A stretch of 64,000 bases of DNA. Origin: Amphiscolops sp. MND2022. Lineage: Eukaryota. Location: the NCBI GenBank assembly GCA_964187785.1, contig OZ076409.1:5210001-5274000 (forward strand). The letters run 5' to 3'. Below the pieces are notes generated by a model. That model did no database searches, was not told where the DNA came from, and saw nothing but the letters and a program-made list of their open reading frames with translations. The position numbers were made by a program, and so were the translations under genes. Of this stretch, positions 13,380-26,271 are shown one piece after another (within the stretch, counting starts at the first letter, position 1; the number at the start of each line of letters is the position of its first letter).

Positions 13380-14640
13380 TACAACGAGTGTAGCAATTAC
13401 TTCGGATACGAATATTTGAAATTTGGATCAACGTATCTAGTTGTTCGTTAGTTTCCTAGAGAAAGCAACTATTCAAAATTTGTTGATGTCATTTTCGCAA
13501 CGGTTATGCAATTATTTTCTTTAGCAATTTTTCTTTTATTAACCGTATAAATTTTGAATTTGAAGGTCAAGTGAATTAACTTGTTTTTTGATTTTCAACT
13601 TGGTTGCTGTGACACTTTGTGAGAGTTTTTCTCACCTTTGAAAGAATCTCACCTCGAAATGTCAAAAAGTGTCGCCCAAATATTTGATCAATAAATTTGA
13701 CAGACGACTTTTTATCAATGTCTTTTTTTCCATCTTTTCTCTCCCCATAGGGTTTCTCTGATTGACGTTCTACCTTGAATATTGAGTGAAATTCTAAAAG
13801 TAGGGAAAGGTTTTCCAAGATGTGAAGGTTTTCCATGAAACTTGCATAATGAAAAACGGTCGCTTTCTCCCAAAAAATTTTCCGTATTTTGAATTTTACA
13901 CTAATGATAACATTTTTTAGAAACTTGAAACGGGGATATTAAGTTGAATATCTCCTTTGAATAATCTCGAAAATGATAATTTGCAATCAGAATACCGAAA
14001 GAAAATGTTCACGAAATTTGGTGGGAAAATGTTCAACAGATTTGGCAGAGCGTTTTGCAGTATACGCTTGAAATTTACAATTTTATGAAGTCTACTGAAA
14101 ACTCACAAATAACTGCAATTGGCAAAGTAATGATGATATTCGAATTTCATGTATTGGCTCAGAATTATCTACCTCATAATTTATTCTCTGTTGTTCATTA
14201 GATCCGAAGAAACTTTCGATTTCAACGGTTGTTCAAACAATATAAAGCACAAAATGATGAGTTTTTTAGATTGATATTTTCGGATATTCTTTCTTTCTTA
14301 TTCATAAAAGCACCAGTAAAACAAAAACAAGATTTGGTCCTATGATTAGAAGCTGACACGAAAAAGGTCCAGTTCTAAAAAAGATGAAAAGTTTTCATTT
14401 CAAATTTCAAGGGGCGTTTTTTCAAAAAGCATTCCATTCTTCGCAGATTTTGTAAGATTTATGCAGCATTTTGTCAATATTGGGGATTTTGGATGATTTT
14501 TCAAAAAGTATGATTGTTGCGTAATTAGTCCAGGCATCTAAGAGGTGAAATGTCCACCCACCAGGCGAAAACAAATGTCTGTTTCGTTTGGATGGCAGTC
14601 GCATATTGCTCAAACAACGTTTAATCGAAGAAACTGACTG

Positions 14641-14935
14641 TTTTTCAGTCGGCGCTCTTCTTGAGAAAACAGTCGACTATGGTCATGGCTTTTCGTCAGT
14701 GTTTTTTCGATACAACTGAAGTGCCCAAAATAGCTCAACCAAATGTTCTACCAAGTTTTAAACTGTACCTGTTGGCCCAGGGAACTGAGCCAAAAAAGTT
14801 TTTCCTTTCTTTCATACAAACAGACTAAAGGGGGGTCCCCTTTTAGTTTTTTCGGCCTTAGGAGACTTTTTTCGAAAAATATTTCCCTAAAGGGTCTCCT
14901 TCACTTTTTTCGTTGCTTTGCATAGGTTGGTCCCC
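14641..14935 (+). mobile_element. HINE-like element, 3'-truncated
   Basis: 5' AGTCGGCGCT...GTCGACTA and central GGGTCCCC repeats; abuts an oppositely oriented copy. Confidence 0.65.
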
Positions 14936-15263
14936 TTTAAAGCTCAAAAATAACAAAAGGACTTCAAAGTATCAAGTACTTTCTTCCATTGTACCCGAAA
15001 AACCCAAAGGGGGCCGATCTGGTGGCCTGTAAGGGGCCACTTTTTTGGGCTTCTTTAACATCCAATCTGTTGCAAAATAAATATCAATAAAATTGAAGGG
15101 GAACCTTGGAGATACAAAAAAGTTCGAAAAACTCTCACAATGCCAAAAAAAGAGAAAGTAGGAAAAACCCTTTAGTCTCGTCCAGTACTGTATGTTACGC
15201 TGAAAAAGGAACAATTTCAAAATTCAGTTCTCTGGGCCAATTGGGACTTTTGTATAACGTTGT

Positions 15264-15492
15264 TGTTAACGTGGAGCGTTGTATGAAGAAACTAGAACTT
15301 GAATTGCAAAAGATATTGAGGAATGATATTGAATTGACTATTTCTGAATTGACGTATTCTGAAGGTTAATCTCTTTTGCACAAAGGCTCTCAGGCAAATG
15401 GCAAAGGCGTGAGAGCTCTCAAGCCAGACAGTTAGCAGGTACTTGTACATATTTACAACCTAAGTGTTTTCACACTTTACACGTCTATCACA
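15264..15492 (-). repeat. 3' LTR of the Mag-like element
   Basis: TGTTAAC...TATCACA; 3 substitutions seen versus 20321-20549; PPT (AAAAACGGGGAG on the minus strand) adjacent at 15493-15504. Confidence 0.95.
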
Positions 15493-15888
15493 CTCCCCGT
15501 TTTTGGGCAGATTCAATATCCTCAATTTTACATTATGTAAGTAATTGTATTCAACAAAGGTAACTCAACAACTTGGTAACTAAAATTACAACACTGATAC
15601 AATGCTGGGTACAGTTTAAAAGTTTCAACAGTCTCAGCTCAGTTTTCTTCTGGTATGTCTTTTTGCACCAGGTCTATTCCATACCGTTTTGTCGACACCC
15701 GCACTCTCTCTATGACCCGTGTTGGGGGAGTTGGCCCTTTGTTTGCGGTTTCCCACTTGGTTGTTGCAACTATTGGGATTGCGCTTTCTTGGGGTTTTTG
15801 CATCATCCCTTCCTCTGCTTCTTCTTTATGTTTTTGTTCAGGCCCCGCCTGCTTCGTTGTTTCAGCTTCTGTGCTGCTGGTCGCTATG

Positions 15889-18870
15889 TCAATTATTTTC
15901 GGGATCGACTCGTCTTCCGCATATGGGTCGACTATCATCCGGGGTTGCCTTCTTTTTCTTCTTTTGCGTTTTCTTTCTTTGGATGATTATCTCGCTGGCA
16001 TCAGATTCAGTTGTTGACGACACCCTTTTTCTTTTCTCTGATTTTGTTCGTCCGAATGCTTCCTTTTGTTCTTTTGAGGCGATGGCGATGTCCCGTTTTG
16101 CATAAGTCTTCGGTCTTCCTGAGGACTCAGGTAGCATGGTCACGGTATGAGCCGTCTCTTTAATCTTTCGCCCCGCTCTTTTGTCAAATGTCCCTTGTAA
16201 CTTTGAGCCGCGTGCTCTTTCTCTAACGAGCACCGTGGAGTCCAAGTCGTCTTGGAAGTCGGTCTGTTCAAATTCGAGGTTGGGGTCTTGTTCTGAAATA
16301 GCCAGCAGTTTTGACACTAGGTTCGATTTTACGGTGTTTGGCTGCCTACCCATTTGTTTCTCAAATGGTGAAGTACCATCCTTCTTTTTATTTACTCGCA
16401 GTGCGTAAAGAATTTCCGACAGGCCAGACTGGTCCTTAGTCACTATTATTTGTTTGTTCGTGCGTAAGCGTTCATTGATCGTTCTTGTCAATCTCTCAAT
16501 TTTGCCATTTCCCCTATGATCACGCACCGGGCAGGTTATATGCTCTATTCCAAATTGCGTACAAAATCGGGCGAATTGTTCACTCGTAAACACTGTACCG
16601 GGATCCGTTCTTATTTTCTTAGGCACCCCATAAAACGCTATGTATTGCTTCAAAAATTCTATAACTTTTTTCGTAGTGGGACACCTTAGAAATTTTGCGT
16701 CCTGCCATCCCGAAAAATGGTCGATCGACACCAACAGATACTTTTTTCCCTCTCTTGCATTTTGGAACGCTCCTGCAAAATCTAGTGCAATCTCCTCGTT
16801 TTGTTCTTTCACTTCCGGAATTTTTCCAAAAACGTTTTGGCTTTGAATACATTTTAGGTTCTTACCTGATTGTAGACATTGTTCACAAAGTCTTGCTTGA
16901 TCTATGACTTCCCGGTGAATCCGGGGCCACCAAATATCGCCGATCATTGCTAACATAGCGTCACGCCCAGGGAGACCATAATGTAGTGAGCACATAATCA
17001 TGGCTCTCATCGAATTTGGTATGACAAGTCTGTTATCCATGTATAAAAATTCACGCTCGTCTACCGAAAACGACTGAAATTTCTCTCGCCAAGGCAATGG
17101 AAGGCGGCTAACTGCCGTGCGGTTATAATTTTTTACAATGGAAATAACTTTTTGTATAGTTTTATCTGCGTGGTAGTTCGCAGGTAAAAGCTTTTCGTTT
17201 ATCAATTGAAGCGCGGAATTCTCACTCACGTTTACTTTACAGTAATTGTCACCAAACTGAGGCTTACTCAAATCCTGCGGATTGCGTGCTTCCTGCGATT
17301 TGATTGGTCCGCGTGACTTTGCTTCGCTTACGCGATTGACGGAATTTCTCTCTTTCACTTCACGCTTGATTTGCTTGGCTTTGCTCGCTTGACTTGCTTC
17401 GCTTGACACTTCTCCGTCTTCTAAAACATCTTTCAAACTAATTACAGAATTTACAGTGAACCATTCATTCCATAGTGATTCGGCTTTTAACGACGCGCCC
17501 TGCAACTCTGTTGGGTGTCTGGATAGATAATCTGCCAATCCCAACGTTCTTCCGGCTACATGTACTACTTCGAATTCAAATGGCAGTAATCTACCTACCC
17601 ATCTTGTCAATCTACTTGAAAATGTCTTATTTCCCCTATTGGGTTTTAGCACGGACATCAATGCTTTATGGTCAGAAATTACTTTAAACTGTACACCATA
17701 TACATAATTCTTAAAATGTTCATTTGCCCAGACTATTGCTAAAAGCTCTAATTCGTTGATAGAATACTTCATTTCGAAGTCAGTTAAGAATCTCGAAGCG
17801 AAACAAATTGGTTTCCACTCATTCTCATTTTGTTTTTGCTGAAGTACTGCACCAAGTCCCTGTTTACTTGCATCACAAACTATTCTAATCTCTTTGTTTC
17901 TATTAAAATGCGTTAATTCTACAACGTTAATAATTTCTTCATTGACTTTTAACAATGCAATTTCGTGTTCTTCATTCCATTCCCACTCTGCATGCTTTTT
18001 TAAAATAGATCTGAAAGGAAAGGTAATTGCTGCTAATCTAGGTATGAATTTATTAAATTGGTTGACTGCCCCCAAAAATGAACGTAATTGTTTTAAATTG
18101 GTCGTTCTCAGTCTTTCGCTAATGCCCTGGGATTTTGTAATAATTGGGGAGATGCCTGTTCTCGACAATTTATAGCCTAACCATTCTATGCTCTCTTGAG
18201 CAATTATACACTTTCCCGCCTTTAGCTGCAAGTTCGCATCATCAAGCACTCTCATTACTTCTTTGGTTACAATTAAAATGTCATCTATGTACACAAATAC
18301 ACTATTTATATTTGCTAAAGTTAGGTCCATTAGTTTTTGAAGTTCAGTTGGCATCACTGTCAGGCCGTAGTATCCTGTCGTAAATCGATATGTTCCTGTA
18401 GATTTCCCTCCAACTATTTGAAAATTGCAATGTTTCTTTGTTAGTTCGTGTAAAGGGACTTGTCCATACGCATAGGTCATATCTACCGACAAATACCACG
18501 CCTCCCCTTCATTTTTCCCTAATTCCTCCGCAATCATATCAATTAAATTATGTAAGTTTGGCATTTGATATTTATCTTTTGCTATTGATTGGTTTAACGC
18601 TCGGGCATCCAGCGCTATTTTCACTGACTTGTCCTTTTTTAAAGTAATTACAGTAGGTTGGATAAATATATCATCTTGAATTTTTTCAGTTCTTTCAATG
18701 TGGCCGTCTTTTAACAATTTTTCAATCTCTTTATCCACTTGTTCTTGCAGTTGAATAGGGATTCTGCGGCCTTTTTGTTGTGTAATTTTTGCATTTTCTT
18801 TCATATCGATTTTTATTTCGTAGTCCTTAACCCGACCTTTCCGTTTAAATAGTTCCGGAAATTCCCGCAT
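15889..18870 (-). pseudogene. pol: pol part (RT, RNase H, integrase) of the disrupted gag-pol
   Basis: YIDD RT motif, CDASKQGLGAVL RNase H, integrase DDE core (LDF, RTDPG, IER). About 10 aa appear deleted after YIDDILIVTK, and a His of the integrase Zn finger appears lost (LHYGLPG). Confidence 0.92.
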
Positions 18871-18873
18871 TAT

Positions 18874-19434
18874 TTATTGAACCTCGGGGCTTATATTTTC
18901 TTCGGGACTAATCTCATTTACCGCTTCAGCGCACTCAGTGAATTTAGTATTTACATTACACTCACCTCTTTCTACTGGCTGAGTAATTTTGTAACGTAGA
19001 GCAATTAGCCAATCACGTCCGATTATCGACTTTCCGCTGTTTGGTGCCACCAATACTCTTGCTTTAGATACGGTTACGCCGGCGACCTCTAGGCGTACGA
19101 ATTGGTATCCCAGCAATTCCAACGGTCTTTTGTTATAATCAACGTAACGCTCTTGGTCTATCATGTCTCTGATAACAACTTTCCTTTCACCGATGATCTT
19201 TTGCAAATCTCGTTTGGTAAAAATAGACACTGGGGAACCAGTATCAATAATGGCTTTAAAATAGTTTCCGCACATGGTTCCTTCCACAAAAACGGGTTTG
19301 CTGCCATTCCCATCGATTTGAAGTACTAATTGCTCTTCGTTATCGTCTGATGTGCTGCCGTCACTTTCTTCGATGTAGTTCACTCTTCGCATACCCTGCG
19401 TGTTGCTGTTTCTTGCATTCAGCCGTTTCATCAT
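18874..19434 (-). pseudogene. Aspartic protease region of gag-pol
   Basis: IIDTGSPVS and IIGRDWL motifs; in frame with pol across a single TAA at 18876-18874. Confidence 0.9.
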
Positions 19435-19475
19435 CTCTTTCTGACGGTGGGGGAACTTCTTATTGCAGCATTTTT

Positions 19476-20321
19476 CTAGATGCCCGCAATTTTACAAAAT
19501 TTACAACGATAATTTACAGCTGTACAATTCTTGATGTGGTCTGGAGTGAAGTTGGATTCCCCACATCTGAAGCATTCCCGCGAGTTTTGTGATTTTTCTA
19601 CAGCGTACACTGGTTCGGATTTCACATTTTTCGGGGTTTCTGTAGTTTGCAGGGTATATGACTTTTGCCGTTTCACCCCCTCCTCGAACGCAATTGCAAA
19701 CTCCAACGCCTGTTCTGGCTCACGGGGCTCGGTGCACAATTTTTCTTGTGTTTTCTTATTGTTCATATGTAATATAAACATATCCAGTACCAGAGTATTG
19801 GTTATTTCTCCGAAGTCGCACAAAGCTGCTAAGCCGTTCAGCGTGAGCCAGAATTGTTGGAGTGATTCCCCGGGTTGCTGCGCTCTTGAGAAAAATCTAT
19901 GTCGATCGAGGGTGCGGTTTCTTTTAACTTGAAAGCAGTCCGCCGCTAGTTGCATGAGTTCTCTCACTTTTAAATTCCACAGGGTTGTATGGGGATATTT
20001 ATCCTTGAATAATTTCCTTGAGGCTTCTCCAAGTGAAAGATACATAACACTAACAACCTTTTTGTTAGCAGGGTCTTCATCCATGTCCCCCAACAATGCG
20101 CGGGCCCTCGGGTTTTGCTCAGTTGCCTCACGGGTTAATTCCGAGATGGATATCGAAAACTTAGCCATGACGGCTACTTGGAATAGATCCACCCACTTGT
20201 CCCAGTCCATCGTGGGGGATGTATTGGCCTCATGCCAATGCCAGTACACAGGCAATCCAACTAGATGAGACATTGCAGTTGTTGAAAGGGATAATGATGA
20301 ATTTTCTGCTCGCAGCGCCAT
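19476..20321 (-). pseudogene. gag: gag with two Zn knuckles
   Basis: Retrotransposon gag motif (QQPGESLQQF), CFRCG..H..C knuckle; the second knuckle CKFCKIAG/HLEKCC is broken by a 1-nt frameshift near 19483. Confidence 0.9.
20305..20320 (-). promoter_or_regulatory. Primer-binding site, tRNA-Ser-like
   Basis: TGGCGCTGCGAGCAG directly after the 5' LTR; complementary to the ...CTGCTCGCAGCG-CCA type 3' end of animal tRNA-Ser. Confidence 0.75.
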
Positions 20322-20549
20322 GTTAACGTGAAGCGTTGTATGAAGAAACTAGAACTTGAATTGCAAAAGATATTGAGGAATGATATTGAATTGACTATTT
20401 CTGAATTGACGTATTCTGAAGGTTAATCTCTTTTGCACAAAGGCTCTCAGGCAAATGGCAAAGGCGTGAGAACTCTCAAGCCAGACAGTTAGCAGGTACT
20501 TGTACATATTTACAACCTATGTGTTTTCACACTTTACACGTCTATCACA
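20321..20549 (-). repeat. 5' LTR of the Mag-like element
   Basis: Matches 15264-15492. Confidence 0.95.
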
Positions 20550-23509
20550 GTTGTAGAATTATTTTTGTCAGTTCACGTGGATTGAAAAACAAAAGTCACT
20601 ATTATAGTAGCGTTTCACTTCATGAAGCGCCGACTAAAAGTATAATGACTCGCACTGTGGAAGTCTGAATGTCTAGAAACAACTTAAAGCTCTCTTTGTA
20701 TTTTGGGGCAACAGCTAGTTTTTCTTCTAGTTGAAAATTTTCATCGACGTTAATTTAACTTTACTATGCTACGCTCCGATAGAAATTAGTATTCTTCAAT
20801 CAATCAAACAATCAAGAGGTTTAACTAACTCGAGTCCTATATTTTTTCATCACTTCTGTGTTACCGGGAATTCTGACTTGATGTTTTGCTAATCGGCAAG
20901 GCAAATCAATACGTTTTGCATATTTTATCGACTAATGATCATTCACATTTATGGAAAACAATTGATATTTCCCTTTCAGATAAATTGCTTCCGAGAAAGT
21001 GATACAGGTTTTGAAAAGTTTGCTTCATAATTATGATTGCGATTTTACACTTTCGACAACACCAATGCTTGCTAATGAAACAATGTTTCTTTGTGGTCAA
21101 TTTGGAGGTTTTCTTTGCTAATCAGCTAGATCGATTTAATATTGACAGTCAGGATTTTACTTTCAGTGTGAGAAAATACCAGGAATTATTCGCAAAGTTT
21201 GAATGTTCTCTGATTGCTATAAACTTCTCAACCCGAATTGGATGAGGAAATTTCTCAAACTATTCAAAAATCTGTGCTTGAACTGTGAAACGGAATGTTG
21301 TCTGAACTATTCGAGCCCGACAAACGATTCCTAGCGCGTTCGAAAGAAAACAACCAGGGCTTTCAAATTGATTTTTGAACTGCTAGGCTAGGGGCCAAAA
21401 CTTTGCACGCCTCGTGTCTCTGACTGCACTTCAGAATGTTTCAAAACATGAAAGGGGCCGCTTTGACCCAATGATGTTACTGTGGGAGAAAGTAGCTGCC
21501 AGAAACGGAAACCGGATAAGGCAAAAATCCTCACTCAGTTTTTCTTTTCAATTCTTTGGTCCCGGTTTTTTGATATCAGAGACAAAAATTCATGAAAATG
21601 CGTGCAATGCTATATAATATCGTCTAAGAATGTTATTCAACAGTTTTCATTTCCATACGTTCGCCTTGTGCCTTCAGTTTGCAGAAGTTATTTGATATGA
21701 AATCGTACGATGGTCCATTTAGAGTTGAAGTTTTACATTGTTATGATAAAATTGAAACTTCGAAATTGGCTTGTTTTAAACTGTCCGACAAATAATTTCA
21801 ACTAATTGATGTTGAAGTTTCCAGAAAATAGACATGTAACCAAGGTTTGGTTATCGCTATTTTTTTTCTTTAGTCGCTAAACCTGCAAATTTCAAAATCG
21901 TTTATTCGCTGAAAACCTTTTTCTTTCAAGTATGTTTTAAAATTAAATGATAGCTCGAGTTAGTTTTTTTCAAGAAACAATACTGAAATTCTTAATACAG
22001 CGTAAATTTTACAAGGTTAAGAGTTGGAATTTTTCAAATTTCATTATGAATCCCCGTTTATACTCAGAGGAAATTTTGAATTTGGACAATCCAATAGTTG
22101 CCGCTAATTTGAATCGCTAATGAAATTGGTTAACAAATTCATTCGCTAAATCGCTAATTAGCGGTGTCAAAATTCTTTTTGTAACACATTAAAAAGTTTG
22201 AATCTTCCATCAAATCTTTCAATTTTCAGTTCTTAATTGCAATCGCGTTTGTTTGTTTTGAAACCATATCACGATTGGAATCCCGTTAGACTGCAATTGA
22301 CCAATCTTGTTTCCACATTTTGACAGTTCTTCTGTTTGTTCTATATTTTCCCCGATTATAAATTTTTTCATGGGGAACGAATACTTTTCCATATTTTTTA
22401 GGGTTTCACAATAAAGTAATGTATTATACAAAACTCTCTGGAAAATGAAAATTTTCAATACGAAAATTCTTACAGGTTGCATTCGAGAAATCTGATTTGT
22501 TTTCTAATTTTTAAATTTCGCCAGCCCATTTTCTTTAAAATGCTAACAAATGCCAGACAAAACGTGGGTTACCTTTTGGGTAATTTTTCCACTTGGGTTT
22601 TGGTTCGGTTTTGATCCGATTCTCTTTAATCAACGTTCAATTTACAACTTTTTCCATGATTTTAGATTTTTTGATATTTTTCAACACGGAGTGAACTGTG
22701 CGAAAATTTCCCGCCTCTTCGTTTTTTTACGAACGCTTGAAAATGGAGACCTGTTAGAAAATCCATAAGGCTCTTCTTTTTTGGTAAAAACAAATTGGCT
22801 CCGTTCTTCGTTTCAATAGAAAAGTCAATTCGTTTCAGTGTGCTAAAAATGTGAACTCAATTTGTTACAATTTGAGGACGGTATAAAAAATTTAGCTTTT
22901 TTAGACAACAATGTATGTCCTAAGGTATTATTTTTTTCTGTTTCTATAGTACAAAAGTACAAAAGTTCTGCATTTTAATTCAGCGGGCAATGAAATGCGC
23001 TCAAGGCTACATAAGGTAGAAATGCATTGAAGAAAGAATGTACTATTTTAACGTAAACGTATAACCTTTTGACTTCAACGGATATTAAAAACCAATCATT
23101 TGGTCTGTCATTTTTTTTCGAAAAGTTAAGAGTTCAGTGCGTTCCTAATGCTGAAACCTGAAGCAGAAAAAAAACTAGAAACATGATCAATAGGACGGAC
23201 TAGTAGACGGTATAGTACGGGATTGTGAATGTGAACGAAAAATTTTAAAAAGAGTACCTCCCGAGTATTAGCAAATATCACCATTCTACAATAAAAATGC
23301 TCCTGTAGACTACAAAATCAAGATGTTTTTGAAACAAAATTCCAATTCTGAACAAACTCAGTTGGAATACAGAAAAGTGAAGCCAGCCATTTTTATTCGG
23401 CGGTTTTTGAAAAAAAATCAAGACTTCCAGTTTCAATTTTTTTTCTTCAGGTATCGATATAATGGCCACTTTGCTTAAGGTATATGTTTCACTGATTAAC
23501 GTGAATATG

Positions 23510-23584
23510 AGTTTTGATGGTCTAGTGGTTGAGAAGCGTTGGCTTGGCAAACCAACGACGCGAGTTCGAATCTCGTATGAGGAC
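23510..23584 (+). pseudogene. tRNA-like sequence (tRNA pseudogene or SINE head)
   Basis: A-box TGGTCTAGTGG, stem GTTGG...CCAAC and B-box GAGTTCGAATC; acceptor stem imperfect. Confidence 0.45.
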
Positions 23585-23700
23585 AATTTTTGTCAAATTG
23601 AACTGTAAGAACAGCGTCTTTGTATAAAATATAGATTTACTGATATAATCCTGATGCAACATCAAAAACAGCGCTTTTCCGGTTTCTTGAGTGTTGCGGA

Positions 23701-24931
23701 AATTGGTTTATAATACAGCTATCGCCGAGGTGTTTATTTATTCAAGTTGAAAAAACTTGGTGTATTTACTTTTTCTGAATATAATGAGTAGATAGTTATC
23801 TAAAACGGATATAGAATGTTGAAAATTCGGTCTTGGAGCTGCTAAGTTGGAGAAAGTTTCAAACAGACAGAAACTTTGGAAAAAACGAGACAACCGTAAC
23901 TCTCTGGAACAATTAAGAAAACATTTTTTTTAGTTTTTCAGATTTTCGCGAACAAAACTGTTGTCCCGTGTATGGCATTTTAGTTGGTTCGAAGCATTGC
24001 TTTTTTGGATTGATCATCCTTTGAATACTGTGTTACACCCAGGGGTGTAAAATTTGTATTTGGATTTTTTTTTGAAATATAAATTAATTTGCTTGTTGCT
24101 GGATAATTATAATTATATTAAATAAATTGTCTAATACTGTGTGAAGGAAAATGGTTCTTTTCTGTTTTCCCCCCCACCACCAAAATTTTTGAAAATACCT
24201 TCCCTTAAAAACTTTAGACTAACCTTATTAAAAGTAAAACCTTCTTTCATAACAAGAAGTTAACTTCCATTAGAATAGTTTTCCGCTTGAACAAAACATT
24301 GTTCACGCATTTCGACTATAATCATGTTCGTATTAAGTGTTTATTGATGACTCAAAACAGGAAGCTGTTGATTTCTTCATCAAAAATGCGTGACTACATA
24401 TTGAAAAGTTTGTATCTGAATCCTAAACTATTACCCTGAGAATAAATTTGAAACTGAAGCTTTCTGGTTTGTATTCAAGTCTATTTGCTATAAGATTTTC
24501 ACTAATCCTCCAAAAAAATTTTGGTGGTGGGGGGGGGGAACAGAAAAGAACCAATTGGGTTTTCGAATCTAGCAATTGCCGAGGTGTTTATCTTTTTAAG
24601 CTGAATCATAATATAATGCTAAGTTGGAGAAACTTTTAGATAGACAGAAACTTTGGAAAAAAATGAGACAAACATAACTCTCTGGAACAATTAAGAAAAC
24701 ATTTTTTTTTTAGTTTTTCAGATTTTCGCGAACAAAACTGTTGTCCCGTGTATGGCATTTTAGTTGGTTCGATACATTGCTTTTTTGGATTGATCATCCT
24801 TTGAATACTGTGTTACACCCAGGGGTGTAAAATTTGTTTTGAATATTTTCTTGAAATATAAATTAGTTTGCTTGTTGCTGGATAGTTATAATTATATTAA
24901 ATATATTGTCCAATACTGTGTGAGGGAAAAT
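23701..24931. repeat. Diverged direct duplication (23701-24152 / 24553-24931) with a MITE at the junction
   Basis: GCTAAGTTGGAGAAA...TGTGTGA.GGAAAAT occurs twice; the core of about 150 bp is nearly identical. Confidence 0.85.
24153..24552. mobile_element. MITE, same family as 10089-10461, opposite orientation
   Basis: TIRs GGTTCTTTTCTGTT..CCCCACCACCAAAATTTTT / AAAATTTTGGTGGTGGGG..AACAGAAAAGAACC; no matching TSD. Confidence 0.75.
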
Positions 24932-25258
24932 ATATTGTTTGAACATAGATTTTGTTTGTTCACTTCTTGGACTGTACAATCAAAAACTTTACCAAACTTA
25001 CTGAATAGATTTTTCTACATGACTAACTAAATCCTTCATAACAGTTGGCCGAGAAATTGTAGAATTTAGTTTCGTGTGTTTCGCGTATACGATCATAATA
25101 ATCAATTTGTGTTGATACTGGCCAATACAAAAATGAATATATTGGAACAAAAAATAAATGTATTGTTTTGTACAAAGCTAAAAATAAATAAATTTTCTTC
25201 ATTTATTGTCAATATTTTTAAATATAATATATTGTTTTATATCCCTAGTTATCTCCCC

Positions 25259-25724
25259 TTTTTTAGTCGGCGCTTTTCTAGAGGAAAGAGTCGACTATAG
25301 TCATGGCTTTTCATCAGTGTTTTTTTAAAGACCACCTGAATGACCAAAATAGTTCTACCAAAAGTTCTACAAAATTTCAAATTTCACCTGTTGGCCCAGG
25401 GAACAGAACCAAAAAGTTTCCCGCATAACATACAATGCCAGACGAGACCAAAGGGTCCCCCTTTCAGTTTTTTTCGGCATTGAGAGACTTTTTTTCGGAA
25501 AAAAAATTCCCCAAAGGGTCCCCCTTCAATTTTTTTGGGTTTTGCGACAGACTGGGTATAGAAAAATCCCGAAGGGTCCCCCTTTCAATTTTTTTCGGCG
25601 TTGTGAGACTTTTTTCAAAAATTTTTTTTTAGTGCTGTAGAAGAGAATACTCTGAAACTTTGATGTCCTTTTGCTATTTTTGAGCCTTGGATATGGCGCC
25701 GACTTGGGCCGGTCCCGGCTTGTT
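25259..25724 (+). mobile_element. HINE-like element, full copy
   Basis: TTTTAGTCGGCGCTTT...GAGTCGACTA ... GATATGGCGCCGACTTGGGCCGGTCCCGGCTTGTT. Confidence 0.75.
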
Positions 25725-26271
25725 AATCCCACGCAGTGTCCCAGGACTCACTCTGTCTGGTAGCTGCTAAAACTTTTTTACGTTGTTTTCTTCGGTTATT
25801 TGATTTAGCTGTTCAACGCCGATTTATTTTCTTCCCCAGTTGAAGGTGCTTCGAAGTTTCACATATTCATTAAGAATGCCAAACACTTTCAGCATGATTT
25901 TGGGAGTTTCTTAGAGAATCATTCAAGTAGGCAGTTTACCTGATGCAATGCTATTTTGTTAGGTATTCAGTAGAATTTCTCTACAATTTGGCGGACTTTC
26001 AGAGCGACATCAAGGAAATTGAAGACAAATTCACCGCGTAATTTTGCAGGTTTTCATGGCCAAAACCTCAACTTTGTAAGTGCAGACGCTACAATATGAC
26101 ATCATCGACAAATTGTCTTTGTGTACCAGTGAGGGAAACAAATTTGTGAAACTGGAATGGTTTTCGGAGAAAACGATTCCTTTTTTGCACACAAACCATT
26201 GAAAAACGCTATATTTATCACTTCCCGGATTGAAAAAAGTCGATAACGAAGTTCATTAAGGTCGTTTTTGA

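Larger units (their letters stand above)
15264..20549 (-). mobile_element. Ty3/Gypsy LTR retrotransposon, Mag-like, full length but defective
   Basis: 229-bp LTRs with TG...CA ends; perfect 5-bp TSD GTTGT (15259-15263, 20550-20554); PBS, PPT and gag-PR-RT-RH-INT order. Confidence 0.95.
14941..20639 (-). mobile_element. HINE-like element (minus strand) split by the Mag-like LTR element: 14941-15263 plus 20550-20639
   Basis: The reverse complement of the family consensus continues across the GTTGT TSD and ends in GCGCCGACTAAAA at about 20639. Confidence 0.7.

Noticed and set aside
614..15220. Many 60-140 aa ORFs as host genes
   Set aside because: Low-complexity F/K/L-rich translations of AT-rich repeats with no recognisable domains or convincing exon chains.
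19476..19490. Programmed frameshift between gag and protease
   Set aside because: The shift falls within a Zn knuckle with no slippery heptamer; a 1-nt deletion restores CKFCKIAGHLEKCC.
21841..22178. hAT-like MITE with CGCTAA repeats
   Set aside because: TIRs and TSD are too degenerate to support a call.
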